Shown piece by piece: positions 9,717-22,365 of a stretch of 64,000 nucleotides of DNA (the first letter of the stretch is position 1; each line of letters begins with the position of its first letter). The translations under genes and the position numbers were made by a program. Origin of the DNA: Octopus vulgaris (lineage: Eukaryota); the NCBI GenBank assembly GCA_951406725.2, contig OX597814.1:38874001-38938000 (forward strand), given 5' to 3'. Under the pieces are notes generated by a model. It was given only the letters and a program-made list of their open reading frames with translations, had not been told where the DNA came from and searched no databases.

Positions 9717-10915
9717 TTATGATTTATATTCCTGTTGATGTTTGCTTGATGAATTTTGCGTTTTGGTTGTGGTACTTTACTTGGTTTCGTTATGTTTTCT
9801 GTCTTGTTTTTGGTATTATGTATGCTACTTTTCAATTTCTTGTTAGCATTGTTTTTAACCACCTGGAGAAATGATCTGGGTTTACTTCTAGATCTAGATC
9901 GGTTTTTTGTCCAGTTTCTTGTGGGTAATCTCTGTTGAGGTCTTGAAAATGATCTCCTGTTATTTCTACTGCTAATGGTCTGTTCAAAACAATATCTATT
10001 TTGTTTGTGCTTTTTGTTCATGTTGTGTGCATTAGGGTGTTTGCATACAAAATGGGAAGAGTTCTTACCGTAGTTCGTCTTCGATTCGTGGTGAAACGGG
10101 TGTTCATGTTGCCACGTGTTCTGGTGTATGTTGCGTTGGTGAGGTTGTCCACTTTTAATGCTATTTCTCGGAGTTCTGGTGTCTTTACCGTAATTTGTAG
10201 CATATTTGTCGAGAAATAATTGTTTCCGCTGCCAAAACTTTCTTGATCTGCTTTCTTCTTTTGAGATATCTCTGATCCATAGTTCTCGCATTTTTTCTGC
10301 TATATTGCCGGTCGTTAGTTTGGATATTTCATCTCTGATTTGATCATCGATAGCTTCGTATTTGGCTTTGTAGCGGGATTGTTTAGACAGGGTAATGGAG
10401 ATGTCGGTCCTGAATTTTATCAAACTAAGGTCCCATCGAAGTTTAGTTTCTTCCTCTGGTTCTCCTGCAATTTCTTTAATTAGGTACTTCCGAGGAAGTA
10501 TGGGTGCCGCTAAAGATATCCATTTCGAATGTATTTCAGCATATTTTTCGCATTTATATGCCTTCCAGAAGTTTTGTTTTCTTATGTTAAGGAGTTTTTT
10601 CCATGTCTTCTGTATCTCTTCTCTTTTTCGGTGTGCCTCTTTTTCCAGTTTTCTTTCGTTTATTTCTGACATCCAAGGAGGTTGTGGTAGGCTTTCTCTT
10701 GTAGATTTTATAATTGTTGGTATCATTTCAGCTAAATTCTTAATTTCAGAGTTTATGTGTTCATTTCCAAGTTTTCCGTCTGTAGACTGTTTTTCTATTT
10801 CCTTTAAAATAGAGGATTGTGTGTCAATCATCGTGATGAGTGTTGATAATTTCGATGAAATTTCCATTAGAATTCTTTCGGATTCTGTTAATTTTGTTTG
10901 TTGCTTTCCAGACAT
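9623..10915 (-). CDS. PLE ORF1 (unit 2), 430 aa
   Basis: Identical translation to 5352-6644. Confidence 0.85.
   Translation of the reverse strand: MSGKQQTKLTESERILMEISSKLSTLITMIDTQSSILKEIEKQSTDGKLGNEHINSEIKNLAEMIPTIIKSTRESLPQPPWMSEINERKLEKEAHRKREEIQKTWKKLLNIRKQNFWKAYKCEKYAEIHSKWISLAAPILPRKYLIKEIAGEPEEETKLRWDLSLIKFRTDISITLSKQSRYKAKYEAIDDQIRDEISKLTTGNIAEKMRELWIRDISKEESRSRKFWQRKQLFLDKYATNYGKDTRTPRNSIKSGQPHQRNIHQNTWQHEHPFHHESKTNYGKNSSHFVCKHPNAHNMNKKHKQNRYCFEQTISSRNNRRSFSRPQQRLPTRNWTKNRSRSRSKPRSFLQVVKNNANKKLKSSIHNTKNKTENITKPSKVPQPKRKIHQANINRNINHNQKKIHFFTSGQQTPEKEKIQEETYPKQLNV
9695..9701 (-). promoter_or_regulatory. Candidate -1 frameshift heptamer (unit 2)
   Basis: Same T7 run in the same phase as unit 1. 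Confidence 0.65.
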
Positions 10916-11120
10916 GTTGGCATATACACAATAGGAATATAGATATATATATATATGGGTGGGTGTGATTGTGTATAGAAGAATATATTAATAAAAAGAA
11001 TTCCAACCTTGTCTGATTTTCACGTTTTATTTACAATCTTATAATGATATATTATAAGATAATATATTATAATTGAATAAAATAAAATGAAATAGTAGAA
11101 TGTTAAATATTCATTCTGAT

Positions 11121-11165
11121 TGAACTAGTACTTTCATGCATTGAATTCTGCAATCTTCGGGTTCA
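11121..11165 (-). ncRNA. Minimal hammerhead ribozyme, copy 3
   Basis: Same sequence as 2579-2623. Confidence 0.8.
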
Positions 11166-11228
11166 TGTAGTAGTGTTGACAGTCATGCTTCACAATTTTT
11201 GACTGTAGCAAGATGAGTGATTCTGTGC

Positions 11229-11342
11229 TATAAATACAGCTGGGTAGGCTCCAGAGTGCTAGGTTTTGCAAACTGTATTCTGACCAATCAGTGTGTAGTA
11301 TCACTCAATTACTTAAGCTGATTGGTTGGTTGAGCTGATTGG
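11229..11342 (-). promoter_or_regulatory. Putative Pol II promoter in pseudo-LTR (3 CCAAT boxes + TATA-like); also at 6958-7071 and 2687-2800
   Basis: CCAATCAG motifs at 11338-11342 and 11321-11325 (minus) and 11284-11288 (plus). TATTTATA at 11229-11236 lies downstream of them on the minus strand and upstream of the ribozyme and ORF1. Confidence 0.6.
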
Positions 11343-11522
11343 TTTAGGCATCACGCTTTGTTGGACAGGTCAAGAGTCCTGTATCTTGACCCTGGCCGAA
11401 GCAGCAATTGTTGGGTTATTTTTAGAAATGTTGTAAATATCCTTTGTCAGAGATTTTTATATTTTTATATTTCAATTGTCATCATCATCATTGTCAGCAC
11501 CTTAATTATTGTTGCTAGTGGT

Positions 11523-11560
<38 letters not shown>

Positions 11561-11834
11561 TATGTATATTATTATATAATGTATAAATTGCGTATAAATA
11601 TTTATAGCATACTGAATACCTCAGAAAATCATTAACGTGATATTTATCCTTATATTCTCTCTATATGTATATACGAATATTATTTTTTCCTGAAAAAGTC
11701 TTGCTTATTCTATTGTTACCTGCACTCTACATGCACACCAATGCACGAGTATAACACGGGTAACGGATAGCGTTAGTACATTTAGATATTCTATATCTCA
11801 ATCGGTTATTATAACCGCAAACTCTGTTTACACT

Positions 11835-11876
<42 letters not shown>

Positions 11877-11958
11877 GTTAAAAAGAAAATGGAAGGGACA
11901 TTACATTCATAGCCGGTAGACATTCAATCATATCTATTTATTCCAAAACAAATGTATG

Positions 11959-12011
<53 letters not shown>

Positions 12012-12012
<1 letters not shown>

Positions 12013-12815
12013 AATGAGGGTGTCTAAAAGACACCAACATGCCGAAATAGCAGTCGAAACTGACTATAAAACCACGTTAAATGTTCATATCGCACCATGA
12101 GGTAAAGCGGAGGGACAAAACATACAAGCAAAAATTATTGAATAATTCAAGATCCAAGGATTTCTGGTTCTGCTTTAGATAAGCTTTACCGTCATCAATT
12201 GAATATATCAAGGGTACATAAATACAGATATATATATGCACAGCAAACGATATACTTACATACACGAGCGTCGTACATACATACATATGCACGTATGGAC
12301 ACAGCCAGTCTGAATCGCCCGCCAAATCACCGCATAAGTACGATATGGTTAAAATAAGCACCGCAGTGAATATAATAACGAATTATATAAATTTATATAT
12401 GAGGATAATATCGATATTTAAGTGTCGAAATTATCAAGTGGCCAGCATGAAAGAAATACCTTACAAAGGTAAAAAGATTTTTTGCTGTGCATATATATAT
12501 CTGTATTTATGTACCCTTGATATATTCAATTGATGACGGTAAAGCTTATCTAAAGCAGAACCAGATATCCTTGGATCTTGAATTATTCAATAATTTTTGC
12601 TTGTATGTTTTGTCCCTCCGCTTTACCTCATGGTGCGATATGAACATTTAACGTGGTTTTATAGTCAGTTTCGACTGCTATTTCGGCATGTTGGTGTCTT
12701 TTAGACACCCTCATTTTTAATTGTAAAAAATTTTTTTACCTCTGTAAGGTATTTCTTTCATGCTGGCCACTTGATAATTTCGACACTTAAATATCGATAT
12801 TATCCTCATATATAA

Positions 12816-12824
<9 letters not shown>
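12012..12824. mobile_element. Non-coding hammerhead-bearing PLE-type element with interleaved inverted repeats (A-spacer-B-A'-B')
   Basis: 12012-12247 is the reverse complement of 12481-12716, and 12384-12475 of 12733-12824. (TA)n on both sides. Confidence 0.85.
12145..12204 (-). ncRNA. Hammerhead motif (UUGAUGA core); inverted copy at 12524-12583 (+) has GAAA>GAUA
   Basis: AUUCAA-UUGAUGA-CGGU...ACCA-GAAA-UCC UU GGA-UC-UUGAAU. Confidence 0.7.
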
Positions 12825-12866
<42 letters not shown>

Positions 12867-13345
12867 GTCAAAGAGCGTGCGCTCCTCAAATATTCACTAG
12901 TATGACATGAAAGAGTAAAAGCTGAAAAGTTTAGTTCCTTAGGGCCGTTTCTGCCAAGAGGCCACGATATACTCCATGCTAGCTCCATCTCTTCAGTGCT
13001 CTGTAGTGATGGGTAGATGGAATCTGGATGTTAAGTATGCCCCTAGGCTTCATCAGAGTGTCTAAATGGTTAGAAGGACCGATACATACAGTATCTTTTT
13101 TCTTATTGAAGAGGGTATAAGAAGAATAGGAGCATGACTTGGAGTGTGGGAAGAGTAAAATCTAGTAAAATGGATTAGGTATAGGAAAGAGAAATAAATC
13201 ATAAACTTCAAGTGTTGCCTTCCACGATTCATGTTATTTTGTCCAGTGGTGGATAAGTGGGTATATTCGTTCTAAGGATGAGTTGTTTTAGGAAGGGTAA
13301 ATTTAGGCAGTGGTTCTTATTTTTGTTTACACATAAATATACTTT

Positions 13346-14345
13346 GTTTGTTTAAAGTGGCGGGTTTGAACGTATGGTCCGTTTCAGAGGTGGAAGGTTG
13401 GTACTAAAGAGAGTATGGCACCAGGTGTTGACCAAAGTCCGATGTTCATGTTCCTTATTTTTTCGATCGACACGTCCCTGAATCATCGAGTGCAGTGGTT
13501 ATGATCAGTCCTGCAAACTAATTGGTCAGCTATTTTTTGAAAACTATGACGCGGTTCCGATTCGTTGATTGTTAAAAGATAACAAAAAAAAAGCAAATCA
13601 GATAAATGAAAAATTTAATTAATTAAAAAATAAATGGTTTAAAAAACCGTGGCCACAACGGACATGTAGGAGAGCGAAATAACATTCAAACTAGATTAAA
13701 TCAAATTAAATTAAATTTAAATTTAGACAAGTAGATAAATAAATATGTAAGTGAGTGAGTACGATGACTAAATCAATATGACTAAGGGGATATGATCTTG
13801 AGGCACAACATAAGGTAAAATAAATGATTGCAAACGTAAAAAATAAAATCAAAAACATTTAAATATATATTTATTTATATAAATATATATATTTATTTAT
13901 TTACTTGACTAAATCTAAATTTAATTTAGATGGTATTAATCGAGTTTGAATGTTATTTTGCCCCTCCTACTTGCTCATAGTGACCAATGCTTTTATATCC
14001 ATTTATTTTTAATTAATTTATTTATTTACTTATTTATCTGATTTGGTTTTTGTGTTACCGGTTCACCATCAACAAAGTGGAACCGCGTTAGTTTTCAAAA
14101 AAAAAAAAAGAAAAAGAAATTAGCTGGCCAATTACATTACAGGACTGACCATAACCACTGCACCCAATGATTCAGAGACTTGTTGATCGAAAAAATAACG
14201 ACCGCGAGCAACATGGTAATTTCATCACCAACTAGCGCTATACTCTCTTTTGTACCAACTGACATCCTACATGTAAACTTCCCTCTCTGAAAGAGGGATC
14301 ACACTTTCAAAACATTCTTTCAATCCCACCACTGTAAACACAAAC
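13346..14345. repeat. Diverged ~400-bp inverted repeat (foldback), probably old PLE inverted pseudo-LTR
   Basis: ~13346-13748 matches the reverse complement of ~13888-14345, e.g. GTGCAGTGGTTATGATCAGTCCTG / CAGGACTGACCATAACCACTGCAC. Confidence 0.75.
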
Positions 14346-16825
14346 TCAATGTCTACTTTTTTGTATAATATTAGAAGTGTGGTATTAACTGAGGGGCTTA
14401 AAGTGAAATGAAATTCCAACCACATTTTCTTTTATTTAACAAAATATTACATAGTTGTTAGTATACCCCAAAAGTTGGAGATTTAGATTACTGAAAATCT
14501 ATTAAAATCTAACTTGAATAATTTTTTTACTATTTAACTATATTGATTTATGTACCCTTCTTTCAACAGGGTTACTAATTAAAAACACGTATTTGAAAAA
14601 TAATTAAACATTTTTTCTAAATGAATATGTGCATTTTACTCCTAATTTGTTTGCACAATTTAATAACCTGCAATTAGTGGTAAGGATATAGAATATTTCT
14701 TCCCCAGCAGAAATCAGATTTCCAATTCCGAATAGTATACGGTGAAGTGCTACTAATATTTAACCACTTATTATATTTGGTGTGTGTCTATTTGTGTTTG
14801 TATATATATGAATAAATGTATGCATGCATATAATAAACACTCATTGTCTTTACTTTGTGCTATTTGTGCTTTGCCTATTTATTCGCATGTCTACCTTTTC
14901 TCTACTTTTTCTGTTGTTTTTGTTTGCGATTTAAAGTTTGAGATGTTTTTTGAATTAATTAATGGTATATAGTTTATTTTTCTTTCTCTTTTCTTTTTTT
15001 TAATATCAATGGCCCGTCAAAGGGAAGTAACACATTTCAATCATCAAAGAGTTAAGAATACAGTCGGCTACGATCAATAGCTCAGGGGAATAGAACTTTC
15101 AAATTTAAGTTTTTATAAATGTTCATGAAATGAAAATAATAAAATGACAGGATCTCATCGATGTTGTTGATACCAAATATTGAAGAATTTCTATTAAGAG
15201 TTGAATCTCATTTCATTTATGTTAATAACTTAAATTGACGCATGCATATAACAGCATGATTATGTATTCCAGCTGTTTGGTTGCAACTATTGATTAACTG
15301 GTCCCGACGGGGTACTTCTTCGTTTTTTGTTTTCAAATTTTTTCCATAATCAAAACGGAAACGTTTTTTCTATCAAGAGATTGACTTCCGAATCCTATTT
15401 CTCATCAATTCCTCTGGGTGTATAAACAATAGAACAATATTGAAGAAACCATTCAGGATTTCAAAAAGTTATAAAGAATATGTCATGTTGATTCTAAAAT
15501 TAATTTCCTTCATTATAATTATAAAAAAAAAAAAACTATGTTGTAAGAAATTATGAAGATGAAATAACTTACACGATTTCGTTTTTTGCAACGATATACA
15601 AATTTGAGGTCATAGTCAGCAAAGAACAATGATTTTCACTGCTGCACCACCCTCAAAGAATATAATAAATATAATAATAATAGTAGTAGTAGTAGTAGTA
15701 GTAAAAATAATAATAATATTAATAATAATAATAATATTAATAATAATATCAACGTAAAATAATAACATTAAATCTTCGCATATAATATGTGATTCATTTA
15801 TCCGACAAAAACGCTACAGATTATGAAAATCATAAGAAAAGAAATCGAAAAAGAAAAATATTACATAGACATCTAGCCGCGTTACGCCACGTAAATCGTT
15901 AACTCAGCTATTATACGGTGTTGAATTTTGCCCTTTCTTTTGACATTTAACCAAACTAAAAACAATAAATTCTAATCAAGTATTCGGCTTCATCATATCA
16001 ATTATAATCTTCACTGAAATACATGGACATTGTTGCTAAAGTGAGAATAAACATTATTAATTATATTAGAATTAATATATTTTGATTATTATTGTTTGCA
16101 TATAATTATTAATCTTCTATGGCTGTTTTGCTCTAGATGTATAGCAACTGCATCTATTTTCATTTCAATCTCAGGGAATTCTCAACGTGGTCTCTGTATC
16201 AACATGGACATGATAATTGCAGTCATCATCATTCGTCATTATCACCGCAAATATCACCCCCACCAACACACCATCAACAACACCACAAACAGCACCACTA
16301 TCATAATCACCAGCAAGAGTATAGGTATCATCATAGTCATGACAAACATGTTTAAATGACTCGTGTAATCAATGCTTATTGGCGGTATAGTTAGTGTTGG
16401 AAATATATGATATAGTTATATATTTCACAATACAAATTAGATTTCTCAAGAGGCAATTATCTGCTCATAAATAATGTATACCATGAAAACCTGATGTTTA
16501 CTCATTCGTTTAAATTGATTAAATATTTAAGTTGAGTTGCTGCATGATATACCTTAACGATATTTCATGTATACCATTTTACTTCCCAATTTTAAACTAA
16601 GAAATAATTGGATTCACTGGTTATTTTAACAAGATATAAGTCATTAGGAAAATAATATCCGGGTGCAGGAGAATTTAGGTCATGAAAAATTCACTATTAC
16701 CATTACTATGTAAATGTATATATATGTATATATATACACACAGACAGAGAAAGATTTTTGTGAATGTATTATGTATAGGAATGAATAAATAAATATATAT
16801 GTTTTGGTGATATCCTGTACCCATT

Positions 16826-18270
<1,445 letters not shown>

Positions 18271-18302
18271 AATGTAATATGTAACAATTATTCTGTTGCC
18301 AT

Positions 18303-18364
18303 GATAAAACTGCGAGTTTCGGATGTCGAGAGTGGAAATCCACGCCGCCATCTCTTCAGTTATC
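18303..18364 (-). ncRNA. Hammerhead ribozyme motif next to (TA)n
   Basis: GAUAA-CUGAAGA-GAUG..GUGG auuu CCAC..CAUCC-GAAA-CU cgc AG-UU-UUAUC. Confidence 0.72.
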
Positions 18365-18835
18365 CGGCCATGGGACAAATGCTTTGATAATGGCCGTTAA
18401 ACAAAGGAAAATTTACTGTGTGATTGATCGTTATTAAAACAAAATAGCTATTTGAATGACGGCTAAATGAGGGAAGGGTGTAAATGTAAGTGGGGTAAAA
18501 TGTGAATGCTATTTACGTAAGCGCGCATGTCCATACCTAGACATGCGCGCTTGCACACACACACACACACACACATACACCTATATGTATACACTCATCC
18601 ACCTTCACTTGCAACACACATTCTCACGAACACCATTCGCCAAAAAATAAATATATATACCTATACAATCGCCCACGCGCACCAAAAAGATTTATACACA
18701 CGTCTATATACACACACGCGCGCGCATAAAAAGTCCATACACACGTCTATATACGCACATGTACAAGAAAAACAGGCCTAAGGCAAAATACAGGAAAATG
18801 TCTAAAAAATGTATAAATATGTATATAAAATGTAT

Positions 18836-18926
<91 letters not shown>

Positions 18927-18968
18927 CATACATACATACATACATACACGATGAATAGGCCACTAGAC

Positions 18969-19021
<53 letters not shown>

Positions 19022-19333
19022 TCATTAGCGCTGTATTCTTGTAGATTTCTAGTCTTAAATTGTACCTGCAAGAGGTCTCTCCTCCCATACACATATCTAT
19101 TTAAGCAGTCAGCGCTACAGTATAACCCGAGTCTTCTTGGCTCGAACACTGCACGTCTCTGAGATGTAATAATAACAGTGCCAAATTTCTTCTAAAAATC
19201 GTATTCAGTAAACACAGTGGCTGATTGCAACTCGGTTTGTGATTCATAGTTAAGAAGACATACAACAGATTGAACCAGGCCTGCATATGTTGCACGTTGA
19301 CAATTTGATATTATAAACTTAACTTTCCGTATT

Positions 19334-19423
<90 letters not shown>

Positions 19424-19937
19424 TTTTAATTCATGCTCCATTTCTCACTTACATATTCTGAAACTTGACGGATTTACAAAAAACTAGATACTGTTGACTT
19501 CTTCCATTATACACGGGTGTACCTTATAAATGTATGTAACTTATTATAATAAGATATTGACATATATTATTGCAATCCTTCCTCTCTTGTTAGGAATATA
19601 TTTAATCAAATACGTGGTAAGTTAAATGTTTTACCTAATCAAAATTTCAAAAGGAAAAACTTTTCTCTGATTCAGCAATATTAAACATTGGAAAATTTGC
19701 CAATGCATTGCATAAGAGAATATTTCATTACCACATTTTCACCCGAATTTTTGTCTCTCCGAGCACCAAGGCAACGTCGATGTGATAAAGCGTGATTGAT
19801 ATTTTTCGACTTTTGATTTAATCTTCATCGATTCATTTTTACCTATCGCTACTTTTAAAATCATTCACTCTTTTATATATTCAAAAATATATGGATATAT
19901 GTATGGGTGTACATATGTGTGTGTTTCTCACTCTCTC

Positions 19938-20025
<88 letters not shown>

Positions 20026-20078
20026 GTGTGTGTGTGTATATATATATATATATGTGTGTATATATATATATATATTAA

Positions 20079-20123
<45 letters not shown>

Positions 20124-20136
20124 ATATATATATTTA

Positions 20137-20167
<31 letters not shown>

Positions 20168-21193
20168 TTATATATGTGTGTGTGTATACATATATATTTA
20201 TTTATGTGTGTGTGTATATATATATATAATAGTGTAATAAATAAAATATATGCATACATACATACATACATACATATATGTTCGTATCTACATGTATATA
20301 TACATGCATATATACATATATATACGTGAGTACAGGACACCACAAATAGACGTAGATCTCAACGAGAAACGAAAACGTAAAAACAAACATGGAAACGCAC
20401 CTTTTTTTTAACAACGAAAAAACAGAGTAGAAGACAAACAGTACAAGGAAAATTCCCCTTCATCAGCTGTCCCTAGTACGACTCCATGCGTGTTTCGAAG
20501 GTGAGGACAGAAAACGCCTCGTCGAACTAGCCCTTCCTGCGAAAGAATTAAATAAAGTTCCTTTGCAGAGGAGTAAAAACAAGGAAAGAAAAAATGTGAT
20601 AAGAACAGGACTTAAAAAAGATACAAATAAAATTAAAAAATAAAATACAAAATAAAATACAAAATAAAAATACAATTACAAAAAAATACAGTACAAGAAA
20701 TAAAAACAAACAAGAAAACAAACAATGAGGGCCTTTTTTTGGCCTAGACGAGGAAAGATTCTTAAGAGCGCAGGAAGAAAGCGTGTTCACTGTTAGGAGG
20801 CCGCAAGCGAAAGGAAGTTGTCGCCCGGCTGTGAGAGAGATGAGGAGGAGTGAGAGAGAGATAGAGAAAGACAAGGAAGGAAGGAAGGGAAGGTCAAGCA
20901 AAGGGTTATAGAGTTTCGTGTCATAATTATATATATATATAAATATATAAATATATATATATATGCGATTGTATGTGCGCGAGCGCACATATATTCATAT
21001 AAATGGAAGTCTGTATTCGCCCATATCTATGTACTATACCTTTCCTGTTTAATTTTTTATGTTTTCTTTCCATAATATCGAATAATATTTATGCTGTTGT
21101 ATCGTATGATACAGTAAGGTTGCCATGTTTCTACCTTTTGTAGTACCCATGAAAAGTAAGATTGCAGCAGATATGAACGCATTTTGCACGAAC

Positions 21194-21226
<33 letters not shown>

Positions 21227-21454
21227 TTCCATTCCCTGTCTTATATGACATTTTTCATTGCCTTACTTTAAAGAAACGTCATGTCTTGTCTTAGAGGCGC
21301 TCGGCCTTTATTTTTTTTGTTTGTATATTTTTATATTATATTTTGTTTTCATATTTACATATATATTCCTACCCACTACCTCTCTCGTATTTCTCTTCGT
21401 CAATGTCTTCATCGTTCACTCATTATTCCCATCAAATATGAAACAGCGGTGTCT

Positions 21455-21830
21455 AGGCGTAGACATGGTTTTGTGGTAAGACGCTGCTTTACCACCAGCA
21501 TGGTACCGGCTTCAGTTCCAATGCGTGGCAACGTGGGCCTCTATAGCCTCGGGCTAATGAAATCTTTGTGAATGGATTTGTTAGATTGACACTGAAAGAT
21601 ACCCGATCTACCTGTGTGTGTGTGTTAGCGTGTTTGTGTCTATAATTATCCCCCGCCATGGAATGGCAAACGGCGTTGGTGTAAAGTAGTGGTTCGGCAA
21701 AAGGGACTGATAAAAAAAAAGATCAGGTTTTAAGTAAACTACAGGTTTGATTCGTTCGATTAAGAATTATTCAAGATGGTGTTCTAGCATCGGTGCAGTC
21801 TAATGATTAAACAAATAAAACGTTAGAAGA
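21455..21830 (+). mobile_element. Old tRNA-derived SINE, degenerate
   Basis: Decayed A/B boxes (TGGTTTTGTGGTAAG ... GCTTCAGTTCC), internal (GT)n. Related fragment at ~38650-38870. Confidence 0.5.
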
Positions 21831-22030
21831 TGTAAAAAAAAAAGAGAAATATGATACCACGAAGGATTAATAATATCAACGTTAAATTAGTGAAATTATG
21901 ATGATTTTTGGACGATAATTGAGGATAAAATAGCAGTCTCTATCTTGTGTGTAAATTTTCTATTCTTTCCTTTCTCCTGGTTCTCTTAAATTTTTGAAAC
22001 ATTATTTAATATTATCTAAGATATTCCCAT

Positions 22031-22365
22031 GCGCATGGCTCAGTGGTTAGAGGCATCGAGCTTACGATCGTGAGGTTGTGAGTTCGAATCCCGGACCGGG
22101 CTGCGTGTTATGTTCTTGAGCAAGGCACTTTATTTCACGTTGCTCCAGTTCACTCAGTTGTAGAAATGAGTTGTGACGTCACTGGTGCCAAGCTGTATCG
22201 ACCTTTGCCTTTCCCTTGGATAACACTGGTGGCGTGGAGAGGGGAGTCTGGTATGCATGGGCAACTGCCTGTCTTCCATAAAACAACCTTGCCCGGACTT
22301 GTGTCTAGGAGGGTAACTTTCTAGGTGCAATCCCATGGTCATTCATGACCGAAGGGGGCTTTACC
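22031..22365 (+). mobile_element. tRNA-derived SINE
   Basis: A box TGGCTCAGTGG, B box GTTCGAATCCC. Second copy at 37575-37892. Confidence 0.88.

Larger units (their letters stand above)
2441..11525 (-). mobile_element. Penelope-like retroelement, partial tandem array (2 full 4271-bp units + 543-bp 5' pseudo-LTR), inserted in (TA)n
   Basis: Exact 4271-bp periodicity (2441/6712/10983). The RT+GIY-YIG ORFs are duplicated. Both ends merge into (TA)n tracts. Confidence 0.96.
10983..11525 (-). repeat. PLE pseudo-LTR, 5' copy (5'-truncated third unit)
   Basis: Direct repeat of 2441-2983 that ends abruptly at ...GCTAGTGGTGAT, followed by (TA)n. Confidence 0.9.

Noticed and set aside
2441-11525. LTR retrotransposon interpretation of the direct repeats
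   Set aside because: No TG...CA ends, protease, RNase H or integrase. The RT and GIY-YIG are PLE type.
22031-22100. tRNA-like sequence (also 28814 and 37575)
   Set aside because: SINE heads continuing into repeated bodies; no complete cloverleaf or terminator.
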